This document shows positions 1 to 12,174 of a DNA stretch of 64,000 nucleotides, one piece after another (the first letter of the stretch is position 1; each line of letters opens with the position of its first letter). The notes beneath the pieces were generated by a model. It worked only from the letters and a program-made list of their open reading frames with translations, was not told the DNA's origin and did not search any database. This stretch comes from Eledone cirrhosa. Lineage: Eukaryota. The translations under genes and the position numbers were made by a program. The DNA is taken from NCBI GenBank assembly GCA_964016885.1, contig OZ024746.1, positions 62,620,001-62,684,000 of the forward strand, in the 5' to 3' direction.

Positions 1-261
1 ACCATTTATAGTGGGTTAGCTTAAATGTAATAACCCTTGCTTTTACTGTCATGCCTGTGTGAGTTGTCAGAAGATGGAAGAATGTCTATGTGGGTAGATA
101 AATGAGATGTGACTAGTAAGACCATTATTCAACTTAGTACTCTATATCTAAGAAAAGTAGAGTGTAGATATTATTATAAGGACTCTCTGCCCTACGGTTA
201 AGCTTCTAATGTTTCATTTGCTATTGAAAGTTGAAACTTCACTGTAGGGTGGAGAATCCTC

Positions 262-297
<36 letters not shown>

Positions 298-318
298 TAA
301 TATTTTAGGTTACTCAGT

Positions 319-816
<498 letters not shown>

Positions 817-820
<4 letters not shown>

Positions 821-1014
821 TTAATATAGATGAGATTCTACAGGACTAGAACTGTTTCATTCTTTAGAAATCATCAGAGATTCCTGATGATTTCTAAAGA
901 ATGAAACAGTTCTAGTCCTGTAGAATCTCATCTATATTAAAACTTTTATACTCTGCAATGTATTGAGTACCTTACTTACTGTGGTTACCTCCGATTCAAC
1001 CCGGAATAACGTAC

Positions 1015-1018
<4 letters not shown>
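817..1018 (+). mobile_element. Fold-back hammerhead element between (TA)n tracts (Penelope-like/retrozyme-type)
   Basis: Perfect 61-bp inverted repeat 817-877/884-944 with a 6-nt loop, then a unique 3' tail, with (TA)n on both sides. Confidence 0.75.
877..929 (+). ncRNA. Type I hammerhead ribozyme (family I)
   Basis: Stem I GAGATTC/GAATCTC; core CTGATGA 884-890; stem II T-TTC-taaa-GAA-T; GAAA 903-906; stem III CAG-ttctagtc-CTG; GUA cleavage triplet ending at 922. Confidence 0.85.
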
Positions 1019-1051
<33 letters not shown>

Positions 1052-1396
1052 AGAAAGAAAGGGGTAAAGGAGACAGAGGAGAAAATTGTGTATGTAACAT
1101 ATTTCTGCAGAAAAGCAGCAGCAGCAGGCAGGCACCAATTTGGTTACTATGGCAACAGATACACAAGCCAGCATCTCACAGCAATCTAACTCTCAATGAC
1201 AAGCTTGTGGTTTTATTTCCACAAGATTTATTCTTTTCAGTCTCCTTTCTTTAAACATCTCTCTCACTCCTTTCTCTAAATAGCCCCCTCCTACTGCTAC
1301 TCCCTACCCGCCCTCCCCCTCCCCAGTTTCTCTACTTACTCCCCTTCTTCACCATCAATAACGACAACAACAACAACAACAGCAACAAAATGAAAA

Positions 1397-1428
1397 TTAA
1401 AAAGAATCATTATTGGTTCCTCCATCTG
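1397..1428 (-). CDS. Candidate terminal coding exon (..DGGTNNDSF*)
   Basis: Minus-strand acceptor ttttactgttacttctag/cag followed by a short open frame to TAA; signal-only evidence. Confidence 0.2.
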
Positions 1429-1474
1429 CTAGAAGTAACAGTAAAAATCTTCCTCATAACACACCCTTAATGTC

Positions 1475-2130
1475 ACCACACACTTGCACATATGCATCCA
1501 CATCCACACACACTTGCACAGGTACACTATTGCGCATATGCATGCACACACATACATTTCCACAAATATACACACACACTTGCACATATGCACACACTTG
1601 CATATATGCATGCACACATGCACATAAACACACACACTTGCACATATGCACACATACTTGCATATATACACACATATACTTGTACATATACACATACTTG
1701 CACATATACACATACTTGCACATATACACATACTTGCACATATACACACACACACATACTTGCACATATACGCATACTTGCACATATATATACATATATA
1801 TATGTGCAAGTATATATACATATATATTCATATATATATACACTTGCACATATACACACACACTTACACACATACACTTGCACATATATACACAATTGCA
1901 CATATATACACACACACGCTTGCACATATACACATACTTACACATATATATACATATATATGTGCAAGTATATATACATATACATTCACATATATATACA
2001 CTTGCACATATACACACACACTTACACACATACACTTGCACATATATACACATACACAATTGCACATATATACACACACACACTTGCACATATATACACA
2101 TACGCACTTGCACATATGCACACATATGCA
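1475..2130. repeat. CA/TA-rich degenerate minisatellite (cacttgcacatata units)
   Basis: Recurrent ACTTGCACATAT motif separated by CA/TA runs. Confidence 0.9.
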
Positions 2131-2468
2131 AACACCAAGAGGGAAGTTTACAGCTGTAAAAAGATTTAAACATCATCACAATAGTGACAATGTTTGTACT
2201 GCAGGCAATAACCACAACATCAACATCTGTATATACCAAGGTGTGGGAGTTAAATGGTTTCTGATTTAGACACAAGGCCAACAATTTGGTGGGGGGGAGT
2301 TGATAGTCAACCCCAGTGCATTACTGGTTCTTTAATCTTAACCTTGGATGAAAAGCAAAGCTAACCTAGGCAGGAATTGAACTTAGAAAGTAGAGAGACT
2401 TAACTATATGCTGCAAAGCATGTTATCTGATGCTCTACCGATACTGCAATCCACCTCCCAATTCTGGT

Positions 2469-2704
2469 TTAATCCTTTAGCATTTAAACCGGTCATATCC
2501 GACCAGAATTCCCTCACCTCTTTCTGTTCAAACCGGCTGTAACTGGCCATTCATACTGTTCTTACAGTATTCTTCTCAAAATAAATAATAACAAAATCTC
2601 ATAGATTTGATATTATGTGAGATAATTATGTGAGGTAAAGCCTTTATTGTGAAAATGCAATAGTAAATATAAAATATAGAGTAATGTACATGCTAGAGGG
2701 TTAA
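2469..2704 (+). mobile_element. piggyBac-type MITE (~230 bp), diverged copy
   Basis: TTAA at both ends, degenerate CCCTTTAGCATTT/AAATGCTAAAGGG termini; homologous to 3462, 15448, 30061 and 43128. Confidence 0.8.
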
Positions 2705-2848
2705 GCAGAAAGCTAATAATTTTTTCTTGGGAGGGGGTAAAGTTGATTATATTGACTCCAGTAGTTAACTGGTATTTTATCAACCTTTGGAAGGAGGAAA
2801 AGTAAAATTGACATTGGTGAGATTTGAAACCAGAAAATAGAGAGTAAA

Positions 2849-3420
2849 ATCATCATCATCATCATCATTTTACGTCCGCTTTTCCCTGCTTGCAAGGGTT
2901 GGACGGGTCCTATTCAGCACAGCATCTCTCCACTTGTCAGGGTCCTTCGTCATCTCCTCGGTGAGTTTCAGCGATCTGGTCTCACCACCTCCGCTCATGT
3001 TTTACCTGGTCTTCTTCTACTGCGTCTTCCTTCCACTGGGATTTCTTGGCACCTATTTACCCAGCAGTCATCTTCCATGCGCATCACATGTCCATACCAT
3101 CTCAGCCTTCTCTCCTGCACACCACAACTTATCCCTCTTATACCCAGTTTCTTTCTCAACTCATCCATGCTTGGTCGTTCATGCACATTGACATTGCACA
3201 TCCAACGGAGCATACTTGCTTCATTTCTCTCCAGCCGTCGCATATCTTCTGCAGTTGCTACCCATGTCTCACTACCATGCAGCATCAAGCATCCCACACA
3301 GGCATCATATAACCGTCCTTTCGTACGCAGGGAGAAACCCTTCTTTGTCAACAGAGGAAGCAGCTCCCTAAACTTCTTCCAACCCGTCCTTATTCTAGAT
3401 ACTATGGCCTCGGAACATAT
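2849..3420 (-). mobile_element. RTE-clade LINE 3' fragment with (GAT)n tail
   Basis: Translates to GWKKFRELLPLL..LHGSETW..RRLRWYGHVMRM..GRRSRRRPGKT; tail cggacgtaaaa(tga)n. Confidence 0.92.
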
Positions 3421-3461
3421 TGAAATGGATGTTTCTAAATCATGACTACGTATCGCAAGGT

Positions 3462-3690
3462 TTAACCCTTTAGCATTTAAACCGGCCATATCTGGACAGA
3501 ATTCTCTCACCTCTTTCTGTTCAAACCGGCCATAACTGGTCACTCGTACTGATGTTAAGGTATTGTTCTCAAAATAAATAATATTAAAATCTCATAGATT
3601 CGATATTATGTGAGATAACTATGTGAAGTAAAGCTTTTACCATGAAAATATAATAGTAAATATAGAGTAATGTAAATGATAAAGGGTTAA
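3462..3690 (+). mobile_element. piggyBac-type MITE
   Basis: TTAA-CCCTTTAGCATTTA ... TAAATGATAAAGGG-TTAA. Confidence 0.85.
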
Positions 3691-3959
3691 CAACAAAAAT
3701 GATCTGACTCACTTGTTTCAGCCCTTAGACTGCAACTATGTTGGGGAACTATTTTGAAAGGATTATATTGACTATAGTCAATGTCTTTTCAAGTCTGGTA
3801 CTTATTTTATCAGTTTCCTTTTGTCAAACTGCTAAGTTACAGGACATAAACAGTATCCCACCCCCACCCCCCACATATATATTGAGCGCTTGCCGACATA
3901 TCTCAAAGATAGCGTTTCGTTTTGTTTTAGCCACCGCCGAAATATGATCTCGCTGAAGC

Positions 3960-4081
3960 CCTTGCCATTCTGAGTTCAAATTCCGCCAAGGTTAACTTTG
4001 CCTTTCATCCTTACGGGGTCGATAAAATAAAGTACCAGTAATGTACTGCATAATTGCTGTCCTTGTGCCTAACGTAGAAAC

Positions 4082-4088
<7 letters not shown>
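3960..4088 (+). mobile_element. tRNA-derived SINE family A, 5'-truncated
   Basis: B-box GAGTTCAAAT and central GCCTTTCATCCTTACGGGGTCGATAAAATAAAGTACC domain shared with many copies. Confidence 0.85.
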
Positions 4089-4142
<54 letters not shown>

Positions 4143-4150
4143 TATACATA

Positions 4151-4259
4151 CAGGTGTCCCAAAAAAAAAATATATATATATATATACACTTTAATTACAT
4201 GTACAGGCAACATTTATTAGAATGCCATTGAAGTGTGTATGGCATTTTTGGGGACACCT
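4151..4259. mobile_element. Tc1/mariner-type MITE, degenerate
   Basis: CAGGTGTCCCAAAAA ... TTTTTGGGACACC termini; homologous to 13898-13974. Confidence 0.7.
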
Positions 4260-4294
4260 TATATATATATATATACACACATGTGTAGATAAAA

Positions 4295-4475
4295 TAATTG
4301 TTTCTACGTTAGGCACAAGGCCAGCAATTAACCAGTGCATTACTGGAACTTTATTTTATCGACCCCGTAAGGATGAAAGGCAAAGTTAACCTTGCCGGGA
4401 TTTGAACTCAGAATGGCAAGGGTCGTAACTCCATACGTCAAAGCATGGCGTCCGACCCTCTACCGATACTGCCAA
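4295..4475 (-). mobile_element. tRNA-derived SINE family A (MetaSINE-like central domain)
   Basis: Minus strand: A-box TGGCAGTATCGG, B-box GAGTTCAAATCCC, conserved central domain, AATTATT tail. Confidence 0.88.
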
Positions 4476-4532
4476 AGATAAAATAATGTATTAGTTGTTG
4501 AACCTTGGTGATGTATATATATATATATATAC

Positions 4533-5674
4533 GTAGGTAGAAACTCCATTTTATGTCCCAAATGCAAAGTATGGGTGCATAAAAGATGTAGTGGGATCAC
4601 AGGTAAGCTAACTAAGAACATAGATTTTACATGTGGCCGGTGCTCTGGTGCAATAAGTAGCAGCAAGTGCCCACAAAATACTAGCTCTTTCAATTGCGCA
4701 GAGGGTTCTATAGAAATAGTGGACAGCTTCCGTTACCTGGGTGGGGGAGGGTGCTCTGAAAGTACAGTAGCTAGAGTCAGAACGGGATGGAAAAAGTTCA
4801 GAGAGCTTATACCACTATTAGCCGCTAAAGGGTTCTCCCTAAAAATGAAAGGCAGGCTGTATGATGCCTGCATATGAACAGCAATGTTGCATGGCAGTGA
4901 GACCTGGGCATTGTGTGCAGAGGATATACGCAGACTAGAGAGGAACGAAGCTTGCATGCTCCGCTGGATGTGTAATAGTAATATACGTGAACGGCAAAGC
5001 ATAAACGAACTAAGGGGAAAATTAGAAATAGGAGGGATCAGATGTTGTTTACTCGAGAGACGGCTACGTTGGTATGGTCATGTGATGCGCATGAAAGACA
5101 ACAGCTGTAAGCTGTATAAAAAAGTGCAGGGCAATAAAGATAGACAGTAGCCACGGAGTAGGCAGACCCAGAAAAACCTGGGACGACCTGATAAATTCTG
5201 ACCTCACACACTTACACCTCTCCAAGACAATGTCACTGGACCGAGATCTTTGGTGGTACTCAGTAATAGAGAAGACCCGTCTTACCTAAATACAAAGTAA
5301 AACTTACTACAGTCAGTAGGCATCTCTAACAAAATACACCCCCGTCCCACCACCCCCACCCCATCCATACCGCCCCTTTCAATGTAAAGTTATGTTGGTA
5401 CCACAACATCCAGGCCGAAACAAATGAGATCGTGTAGGTGTCACGACAAAAAACACACAGTCCACGCTGTAATGTGGCCATGTAGGTAACACGGTAAAAA
5501 CCTCCCAGTGCCACACTGTAAACGTGGTTGGTGTTAAGAAGGGCATCCAGCTGTAGAAAACCCGCCAGACAGTCCTATGCGAGCAAGACAACCACTCTTG
5601 CCTCAAGTGGGAAAACTCCCGTCCAAACCCATGCAAGCGTGGAACATGGACGTTAAACGATGATGATGATGATG

Positions 5675-5676
<2 letters not shown>
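4533..5676 (+). mobile_element. RTE-clade LINE 3' fragment with long 3' UTR and (GAT)n tail
   Basis: WVHKRCSGI..FTCGRC..FRYLG..GWKKFREL..LHGSETW..RRLRWYGHVMRM with stops; UTR copies at 37300, 45035, 52935 and 59255. Confidence 0.92.
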
Positions 5677-5705
<29 letters not shown>

Positions 5706-6007
5706 CATATATAGTTATTACACAAGGTTTATAATAACTCTGTGCAGCATGCATATGGAACAATAATGCAGCACCAACTAAAAGACATCATTGATGTTGG
5801 TAATGATAGTGATGATGATGATGATGGTGGTGATGATGATGATGATTTTCCTGCAATAAAAATGAGATTGAAAGCATTTTTATAGAGGCAACGGTAACTA
5901 AGCAAGCCATAGTGTTGGAGCTACAAGTAAATCTATGAGGTGATTGGTTGTTAGAGTGAAAGACACACTTGAGAAATATTTAATTTATTAAGACTTAGAT
6001 GAGAGAT

Positions 6008-6158
6008 GGTGGGAAAGGAGGGAGAGAGACGATGGGAAAGGAGGAGGGAGAGACGGTGGGAAAGGAGGAGGGAGAGACGGTGGGAAAGGAGGAGGGAGAG
6101 ACGGTGGGAAAGGAGGAGGGAGAGACGGTGGGAAAGGAGGAGGGAGAGAGAGAGAGAG
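6008..6158. repeat. 24-bp purine-rich tandem repeat (~5 copies)
   Basis: GGGAAAGGAGGAGGGAGAGACGGT repeated. Confidence 0.95.
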
Positions 6159-6796
6159 ATGTGCTACATTAAAATAGTTTGTTGGTGTTTCCATTTGTTT
6201 ATCATTTGCTTTTTTTTTACTTTTGGGTTTATTGTTTAAAAATTTTTATGAACTATTCAAATAGTTCCAGTACCCACCCCCACCACCGCCCTCACTCCAC
6301 AACCTTACATGTAAACTCCTTCACATACATATATACATACCCTACATGCATCCCATATACCCACAAATCCCCTACAACCCTATATGTAACCCCCCCCCCC
6401 CTCACATCCACCTATCCCACACCCATACCCACTAACCCTACGTGTAACCCACCCCACACTACCTAGCTCACACATACACACTCACTCACAAACAGCTGAT
6501 CAGTCAGTCAACCTTTCAAAATTAGTTTAACCCTATAACACTCTCACTCACACACACACACACACACACTCTCTGTCTCTCCTTCACATAATTCCATTTA
6601 ACTTAAATGATTAAAAAAATAAAATACAAGAGTGAAAACACCAACACACAAAAAAACACAATATATATTATATTCAGCTATCACCATTAATCAACTAATA
6701 TTTTTTTTACAAACTGCAGTCAAGAATACTGCTAGAATAAATTGAATATTACAGAAACCATTTTGGCATATAGCTTTTAAAGACAAATGTACAAAA

Positions 6797-6844
<48 letters not shown>

Positions 6845-6846
<2 letters not shown>

Positions 6847-9800
6847 ATTGGGATGGGTGGTGTAGGTATACTACTAGCTGACAAGTGGGTAGATAAAGTA
6901 ATCTCAGTGTACAGGGTAAATGCAAGAATCATTAAACTCAAGACTAGTCCTGAATAAAACAATTACCACAATAATATCAGCTTACGCACCCCAATTGGGG
7001 CTGCCAGACGAACTTAAGGATAGGTTTTACGAGTCCCTAATGCATAATACTGCTCTAACAGACGACAATGACTTCCTAATCATCGCAGGAGATTTTAACG
7101 GACACGTAGGTAAACACTGCAACGGCTTCAATAGAGTACATGGAGGCCACGGGGTTGGCACAAGAAATGAGGAAGGATTCAGACTTCTAGAATTCTGCGG
7201 CGCCAATGACATGTCGAATTGTAACACAAACTTTAAAAAACACGACAACCACCTCATCACCTATAGATCAGGGGAGCACTCTAGTCAGATAGATTTTATC
7301 CTCATCAGAGGTCGTGACAGATGGACGGTCGTAAACACAAAAGCCTACCCTAGTGAGGAATGTACATCCCAACATAGCTTAGTTGTCAGCGACCTCACAG
7401 TCAGAACTAGACGAACCTGGAAACAGAGGCCAACCTGGAGAAGAAAGATCTGGAAGCTGAAAGACCCCTCAACCAGTAACAGATTTAAAGATATTTTACT
7501 CAACGCCTACGACAGTAAAGAAGAACAGATAGAGACATTCAATGTAGAAGAGAACTGGGAGTTCCTAAAAAATAACTTACTAGAGGCGACGGATGAGGTC
7601 TGTGGCTGGAGTAAGACCTCAAGCAGGAGGAGAGTGACTTGGTGGTGGAACAATAAGGTAGATGAGGCAGTTAAGGCCAAGAGACAGGCATGGAAATAAT
7701 GGAAGAACGGGGGAGCAGGGTACATTACATAGAGACCAAGAGGGAAGCTAGGCGACAAGTATACTTAGCTAGGAGGGAAGCAGAGGATAGAAAATTCAAG
7801 CATGTTTTGCAACGTGAGGACCAGAAACAGGAGGTGTTCAAGATTACAAGGCAGTGTGTCAGAGAGAATTGTGATGTCATTGGAGAGCAGTGTATCCGGA
7901 ATGATAAAGGTTAGCTTGCCCTCACAAGTGCTGAGAAGAAAGATGCATGGAAGAGTCATTATGATAGATTACTAAATGAGGAGAATGCATGGGAAGAAGA
8001 GACCCTACCCCAAGTAGACCCTATAGAGGGGCCAGCAGTACAAGTCAGAAGCAACGTAGCAAGTAAAGCAATCAAAGCTATGAAGATGGGGAAGGCAACT
8101 GGTCCATCGGGTATAGCTGCCGAGATGCTGAAGGAATCTGGGTCTGTAGGTCACACTATAACCACACGTATTGTTAACCAGGTAATACTAGAAGGTGTCA
8201 TACCAAAAGATTGGTGCAGTAGCATCATTGTCAACTGCTACAAAGGTAAAGGTGATGCACTAGATAGAGAAAACTATAGAGGTATAAAAGCTGATGGACC
8301 AGGTCATGAAAGTAACAGAAAGAGTTATAGCACAGTTGATTAGGGACCGGGTGAAACTAGACAAGATGCAATTTGGGTTTGTACCAGGAAGAGGCACCAC
8401 TGATGCCCTCTTCCTTGTCAGGCAGTTACAGGAAAAGTACCTAGCTAAAAGTAAGCCACTCTACCTGGCATTTGTCGACCTTGAGAAAGCCTTTGACAGA
8501 GTTCCACGTGTTGTAATCTGGAGGGCTCTTAGAAAACTAGGAATAGATGAATGGCTTGTGAAAGCGGTACAAGCCATGCATAGGGGAGCAGTCAGCAAAG
8601 TTAGGATTAGCAATGAGTATAGCGAGGAATTTAGCGTACAGGTTGGGGTCCACCAGGGCTCTGTTCTTAGCCCCTTCCTGTTCATCATAGTCCTGCAGGC
8701 AATAACGGAGGAGTTTAAGACCGGATGCCCATGGGAACTCCTGTATGCTGATGACCTCGCACTTATAGCTGAATCTATGGTAGAACTAGAGAAGAAATTC
8801 CAAACTTGGAAGCAGGGACTAGAAAGAAAGGGTCTCAAAGTCAACATGACAAAGACTAAGGTCCTTGTAAGTAGACGAGAAAACAGAACCAGATCCCCTC
8901 AGGGAAATGGCCTTGCTCAGTATGTAGGAAAGGTGTAGGTAGGAACTCCATTCTCTACCCCAAATGCAAACAATGGGTACACAAGAGATGTAGCGGGATC
9001 TCAGGAATCTTAATTAAGAATGTAGGCTTCACATGCAGTAGCTGTTCTGGGACAGCAAGCAGCAAACAGCCACAGGAAACAAGTACCACCAATCTCTGGG
9101 AGGGCTCTATAGAAACAGTAGACAGCTTCTGCTACCTAGGTGACCGAATTAGCAGTGGAGGTGGGTGTTCAGAAAGTACAATAACTAGGGTAAGAACGGG
9201 ATGGAAGAAGTTTAGGGAACTACTACCACTGCTAGCTGCAAAAGGCTTCTCCCTCAAAATGAAAGGCAGACTGTATGATGCGTGTATCCGAACAGCGATG
9301 TTGCATGGTAGTGAGACCTGGGCGCTGAAGGTGGAAGACTTACGTAGATTAGAGAGAAACGAAGCCTGCATGCTCTGATGGATGTGTAACAGTAATATAC
9401 GCGAACGACAAAGCATAAATGAATTGAGAGAGAGACTGAGCATAAGAGGAATCAAATGCTGTGTGCAGGAGAGGCGGTTGCGCTGGTATGGACATGTGAT
9501 GCGTATGAAGGAATGACAGCTGCATAAAAAGGTGCAGAGCACTAGAAGTCGATGGAAACCGCGGAGTGGGGAGACCCAAGATGACCTGGGATGAGGTGAT
9601 AAAAGCCGACCTTACCCAATTACACCTCTCAAAGGCAATGACACACGACCGTGACTTCTGGCATCACGCAGTAATACAGAGTACCCGACCTCCCATGGGT
9701 ACAAGCTGAAGCATATAGACAATATGCCCCACGAAAAAGCACCCAGCACTCACTGTAAATGAGGTTGGTGTTAGGAAGGGCATCCAGCTGTAGAAATCAA

Positions 9801-9908
9801 GCCAAATCAGTTCCTGTATGAGCAAGGCATGGTCAGCCGACCAGACACTGCCCACAACAGGACAACCCGTCTAACCCATGCTAGCGTGGAAGAACGGACG
9901 TAAAACGG

Positions 9909-9939
<31 letters not shown>
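6845..9939 (+). mobile_element. RTE-clade LINE, 5'-truncated, disrupted APE endonuclease-reverse transcriptase ORF
   Basis: APE motifs GGVGILL, SAYAPQ, AGDFNGHVG, SQIDFIL; RT motifs KATGPSGI, QFGFVPGRGTTDA, AFVDLEKAFDRV, GVHQGSVLSP, LLYADDLAL; several stops and frameshifts; 3' UTR ends in (GAT)n. Confidence 0.96.
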
Positions 9940-9940
<1 letters not shown>

Positions 9941-10118
9941 GCAGTATCGGTAGAGGGTCGGACGCCATGCTTTGACGGATAGAGTTACGGCTCTTGCTAT
10001 TCTGAGTTCAAATCCCACCGAGGTTAACTTTGCCTTTCATCCTTATGGGGTTGATAAAATAAAGTACCAGTAATACACTGGATAATTGCTGGCCTATGCC
10101 AAAAGTAGAAACAATTAT
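9939..10118 (+). mobile_element. tRNA-derived SINE family A
   Basis: TGGCAGTATCGG...GAGTTCAAATCCC...AAGTAGAAACAATT directly after the LINE tail. Confidence 0.88.
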
Positions 10119-10162
10119 ATATATATATATATATAAAGTTTATCCCAGGTTTACAGTAAGTA

Positions 10163-10225
10163 AGAAATGGCTTCCTGGTGATTTCTCCCGAATGAAACAG
10201 TTCTAGTCCTGTAGAAGCCATTTCT
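10163..10225 (+). ncRNA. Type I hammerhead ribozyme (family I), core variant CTGGTGA
   Basis: 12-bp stem I AGAAATGGCTTC/GAAGCCATTTCT; stem II T-TTC-tccc-GAA-T; GAAA-CAG-ttctagtc-CTG-TA identical to the 877-929 copy. Confidence 0.8.
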
Positions 10226-10240
10226 ATATTATATATATAT

Positions 10241-10440
10241 ATCATCATCATCATCGTCGAATAACGTCTATCTTCCACGCTAGCATGGGTTAGATGGGTT
10301 TGTCCCATTTAGAGGCAAGTTGTGTTGGGTGACCGTGTGTCTTGCTCATATAGGAGTGTTTCTGGCTGGTTTTCTACAACTGGATGCCCTTCCTAACGCC
10401 AACCACATTTACAGTGTGTACTGGGTGCTTTTGCCGTGTC
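10241..10440 (-). mobile_element. SINE/LINE 3' tail fragment
   Basis: Reverse complement of GTTGGCGTTAGGAAGGGCATCCAG...CCATGCTAGCGTGGAA...(GAT)n. Confidence 0.8.
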
Positions 10441-10735
10441 TTTTACACATCCACTTTACATTTAAGTTAACGATGTATTGTTTAAGGCAATCCAAGTAGA
10501 GGTTATGAGTACTCTGTGTCGAGGATAGTTCTAACACTCGGCGTTGTTTGACTCAACAAGCAGTTTACTTAGTTGTGATCTTCAATTGGCCGATTCCAGG
10601 CAGTTCCTAGATAATAAAGGAATGAAGAATAATTCGGATCATCTGTACAGTAGGGTTATTCTTCACTCCTTTATTATATATATATATATATATATATGTG
10701 TGAAGAAATTAAAAGATGGTTTAAAAAGTTCCATG

Positions 10736-10806
10736 TATTTTATTATGCACATTTCAAAAACAAATATCATCCTGGGACGATATTTGCGTTCTCATCAGAT
10801 AAAATA
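10736..10806 (-). ncRNA. Type I hammerhead ribozyme (family II)
   Basis: Minus strand: TATTTTAT-CTGATGA-long stem II (CAAATATC/GATATTTG)-GAAA-TGTGCA-TA-ATAAAATA; perfect 8-bp stem I. Confidence 0.82.
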
Positions 10807-10862
10807 GGGAAACATGATATGAAGCTTAAAAAAAAAAAACACTAGTGAGCAAGGTGTCTAAT

Positions 10863-10901
<39 letters not shown>

Positions 10902-10905
<4 letters not shown>

Positions 10906-11323
10906 GAAGTTATATTTAATTTGTTGGGATACAACAAGCAAATATTTTTATAACTGATATAAAGCACTCAACAAATTATTGGAGTAAAAATACAATATAT
11001 TAACAAATGGAAACTATATTTATAAAACCATATTTATTTCATACATATTTCAAGGACACCAAGGCAAATTATGGTGCGCTTTCATCAGATAAAATATAAT
11101 ATAGATCAGTTTTATAAATAAATATTGACATACTCTTAAAGAATGCGACCATTTCTGTTGGAAGCTCCCGGATAGTGAAGATATTTATTTATTTATAAAA
11201 CTGATCTATATTATATTTTATCTGATGAAAGCGCACCATAATTTGCCTTGGTGTCCTTGAAATATGTATAATGAAATAAATATGGTTTTATAAATATAGT
11301 TTCCATTTGTTAATATATTGTAT
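10902..11323. mobile_element. Fold-back hammerhead element between (TA)n tracts
   Basis: ~135-bp inverted repeat 10990-11125/11181-11323 with a ~55-nt spacer. Confidence 0.78.
11214..11278 (+). ncRNA. Type I hammerhead ribozyme (family II)
   Basis: TATTTTAT-CTGATGA-AAG..CACCA/TGGTG..CTT-GAAA-TATGTA-TA-ATGAAATA; stem I 8 bp with one G-U pair. Confidence 0.78.
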
Positions 11324-11328
11324 GTATA

Positions 11329-11390
<62 letters not shown>

Positions 11391-11758
11391 ACTCAGTTCA
11401 CGCTGCAAAGTAGTTGGTGTTTAGGAAGGCCATCCAGCCATAGAAAGCTTACCAAACAAGAGGCTGGGAGGACCCTTCAGTTTGTCAAAAGACATGACAA
11501 CTTCTCCTGTGCACTTGATAAACATATGACCGTATGTAAGTGAGGTGCTGACCCTTCATCCTACCTGGGATAATCAATGATCCCACTTCAGTACTGACTT
11601 AGTCTATGTAAACCCGTCTAGCCCTTGATAGCAGGGAAAGCGGACATTAAACGATGATGTTGGTGATGGTCATGATGGTCTCAACCGGATGGGTGGAACA
11701 GGTAAAAGCGCATATATATATATATATAATATACATACATACATACATACATACAAAT

Positions 11759-12085
11759 GGAGGCACATTGCTTAGTGGTTAGAGCATTGGCCTTGCAATC
11801 GAAAGGTTGTGAGTTCAATTCTCAGACCGGGTGATGTGTTGTTTCCTTGAGCAAGACACTTTATTTCACATTGCTCCAGTTTACTCAGCTGTAGAAATGA
11901 GATGATAGGGACTGGGATCCATATCATTCCACTGCAAAGTGGTCGTGGGGGTGCCACGGCTAAAAAGCACCCATGACACACTGTAAATGAGGTTGGTGTT
12001 AGGAAGGGCATCCAGCTGTAGAAATCAAGCCAGAATCAGTTCCCGTCCCACCCTTGCAAGCAGGGAAAAAGCGGAGGTAAAATGA
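11759..12085 (+). mobile_element. tRNA-derived SINE family B, full length
   Basis: tRNA-like head GCTTAGTGGTTAGAGCA..GAGTTCAATTC, CCTTGAGCAAGACACTT core, RTE-like tail; near-identical reverse copy at 44490-44818. Confidence 0.9.
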
Positions 12086-12174
12086 AATGAATATATACAT
12101 ATATATCATCATCATCATCTTCTTCGTTTAATGTCCATTTTCCACGCTAGCATGGGTTATATATATATATATAT

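Noticed and set aside
6920-9542. Active reverse transcriptase gene
   Set aside because: Multiple in-frame stops and frameshifts, and the 5' end is missing.
11759-11835. tRNA gene
   Set aside because: The tRNA-like head continues into a SINE body and tail, with a second copy at 44490-44818; no clean cloverleaf.
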